From contig NZ_CAUTDQ010000004.1 in assembly GCF_963537375.1 (NCBI RefSeq), forward strand, positions 2,227 to 66,226: a stretch of DNA of 64,000 bases. Reading direction: 5' to 3'. Under the pieces are notes generated by a model, which saw only the letters and a list, made by a program, of their open reading frames with translations, did not search any database and was not told the origin of the DNA. The position numbers and the translations under genes were made by a program. Source of the stretch: an uncultured Gemella sp. (GTDB taxonomy: Bacteria > Bacillota > Bacilli > Staphylococcales > Gemellaceae). Below are positions 62,316 through 64,000 of the stretch, one piece after another (position 1 is the stretch's first letter; each line of letters begins with the position of its first letter).

Positions 62316-63467
62316 TTAAACTTGTCTAATATTTACAAAGTCAGTTGGTGGAACATTGTCTTTTCCTAAATCTGGTTGTCCTGCTGTAATTAGAATTAAA
62401 TCTCCTTCTTTTGCTAAACCAGACTCTTTAGAAAAATTCGGTGCATAATTTAGCATTTCTTCCATCGATAGTGTTTTTTCTTCTATGAATGTAGTAACAC
62501 CTCGTGTTAATGCTAATTTTCTAGCTTTTTGTTTAGTTGGTACTACTGCTAATATTGGAACTTTTGGTCGGTATCTTGCGATAAACTTCGCTGTACTTCC
62601 TGACTTCGTATAAGTTACGATATTATTTACATCAACAGAATCAAGAAGATATTTAGTTGATAATGAGATTGCATGCGCAATATTCATTTTGTGATGCTTA
62701 TATTCTTCCGAATCATCATATTTTACTATATCTTGATTTTCGATGTAGGTAATTATTCTATCAACTGTTTCTAATGCTTCTTTAGGATAATTCCCTATTG
62801 CTGTTTCTTCGATTAACATGATTGCATCAACACCATCTATAATTGCATTAGCTACGTCAGATACTTCCGCACGTGTCGGTCTTGGATTATAGATCATTGA
62901 ATGAAGCATCTGCGTTGTTAATATTACTTCTTTTGTCGAATCATTAGCTTTTCTAATAATTTCTTTTTGGATACTAGGTAAATTTTGGTAAGGTAATTCC
63001 ATACCTAGCTCATCCCTATTAATCATTATTGAATCTGCAAATTGAATAATCTCATCGATATTTTCATATGCTTCTTTACAATCTATTTTTACAATTAATC
63101 CAATATCTTTCTTCTCATTAGCTTGAAGTATACTTTTTACTTTTCTAATTTCATCCAAATTACTAACAAATGGGCAGGCGACAAAATCAACATCATTTTG
63201 ACAAGCAAAATGAACATTGTTCTCTTCAATTTTTATAAGTTTATATTTACTTTCCGCATATATATGATCTAAATCATAAATTATTGCAGTATTTTTATTT
63301 AATTTTTCTCTTAATTCTTTTATTTTATTAATTCTAAAATCGCACTCTTCTGTGCATCCATAATAATTATCGATTAAGACAGCATCTGCCCCATTTTCTA
63401 TAATATATTCTAATAGTTCTTCTGTACTGTTTCCTAAAGTTGCGATAATTTTTGCCTTTCTAGTCAT
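62316..63467 (-). CDS. pyruvate kinase-like protein lacking the B domain, degenerate active site
   Basis: RKAKIIATLG, TQML.SM..NPRPTRAEVSDVANAI.DG.DAIML, C domain T.SG.TA..IARYRP; only 383 aa. Confidence 0.85.
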   Translation of the reverse strand: MTRKAKIIATLGNSTEELLEYIIENGADAVLIDNYYGCTEECDFRINKIKELREKLNKNTAIIYDLDHIYAESKYKLIKIEENNVHFACQNDVDFVACPFVSNLDEIRKVKSILQANEKKDIGLIVKIDCKEAYENIDEIIQFADSIMINRDELGMELPYQNLPSIQKEIIRKANDSTKEVILTTQMLHSMIYNPRPTRAEVSDVANAIIDGVDAIMLIEETAIGNYPKEALETVDRIITYIENQDIVKYDDSEEYKHHKMNIAHAISLSTKYLLDSVDVNNIVTYTKSGSTAKFIARYRPKVPILAVVPTKQKARKLALTRGVTTFIEEKTLSMEEMLNYAPNFSKESGLAKEGDLILITAGQPDLGKDNVPPTDFVNIRQV

Positions 63468-63782
63468 AATATACCTACCTTATCTTTAAAACGTTTTCTT
63501 TTAAAATTATTATAACACATCAAATTATTATTTTCTAGATAATTTTCTAAAATTGTAATCCCTGATAGTTATAATTTCTTTAAACATTTTTTATTAACAA
63601 TTCTAATCTATACTCTACTGCCATTCTTAAAATACTTATTTTACAAGTTTTTTTAGCTATATTGAGCTATTACGACATTAATAATTATTCAAAATATAAA
63701 AATAAAAAAGAAACTATATCTAATTAAATACAGTTTCTTTTTTTCTATATTTCATATGATAATTAATCAATAATTCAACACA

Positions 63783-64000
63783 TTAAATTATGATTTCTTT
63801 TTTAGGTACTGCTACTCCTGATTCAAGATAATCTAAAAATTCACCAAATAAGTTTTCCATCTCTGCATATGAGTTTAAAGTATTTAATTCTTTTTTAACT
63901 TTCGCTCCACCTTTAATACCTTTCATGTAGTATGCAGCATGTTTTCTCATCTCATGTACAGCAACCTTCTCAGGTTTAATTTCCATAAGTCTTCTTAGGT
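63783..64000 (-). CDS. dusB: tRNA-dihydrouridine synthase, C-terminal part (5' end outside window)
   Basis: EKVAVHEMRKHAAYYMKG helical domain typical of DusB. Confidence 0.8.
   Translation of the reverse strand, partial: LRRLMEIKPEKVAVHEMRKHAAYYMKGIKGGAKVKKELNTLNSYAEMENLFGEFLDYLESGVAVPKKEIII

Overview
AT-rich chromosomal segment of a low-GC Bacillota. The mix of Staphylococcus/Bacillus-type and streptococcal-type genes suggests Gemella (inference, not verified). It is mostly housekeeping: deoD-pgm, mnhA-G, glmM, a PsaBCA-type Mn ABC transporter, smc-rnc-hemW-lepA-recX, an osmoprotectant ABC transporter, sulP, mutSL-miaA, a SEDS protein, korAB-pepA, a cell-wall 5'-nucleotidase, the yqeG-M operon, metK with a SAM-I riboswitch, a bPH2 cluster, a class B sortase and partial dusB. 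I saw no transposase, phage gene or CRISPR array. The best leads are: (1) a tandem pair of probable sibling sRNA genes with OmpR/CiaR-like boxes (29.45-29.74 kb) and a separate UCCC/anti-RBS sRNA upstream of the Mn operon (13.0 kb); (2) a complete Met-specifier T-box whose first downstream genes encode a 2-oxoacid:ferredoxin oxidoreductase; (3) a pyruvate-kinase paralogue lacking the lid domain and most catalytic residues; (4) a YqeK Ap4A hydrolase fused to a YqfB-like ASCH domain; (5) copY with a cop box driving an SDR rather than copA/copZ. There is also a nonsense-interrupted TetR gene and a decayed sortase-substrate gene remnant that the ORF track missed.
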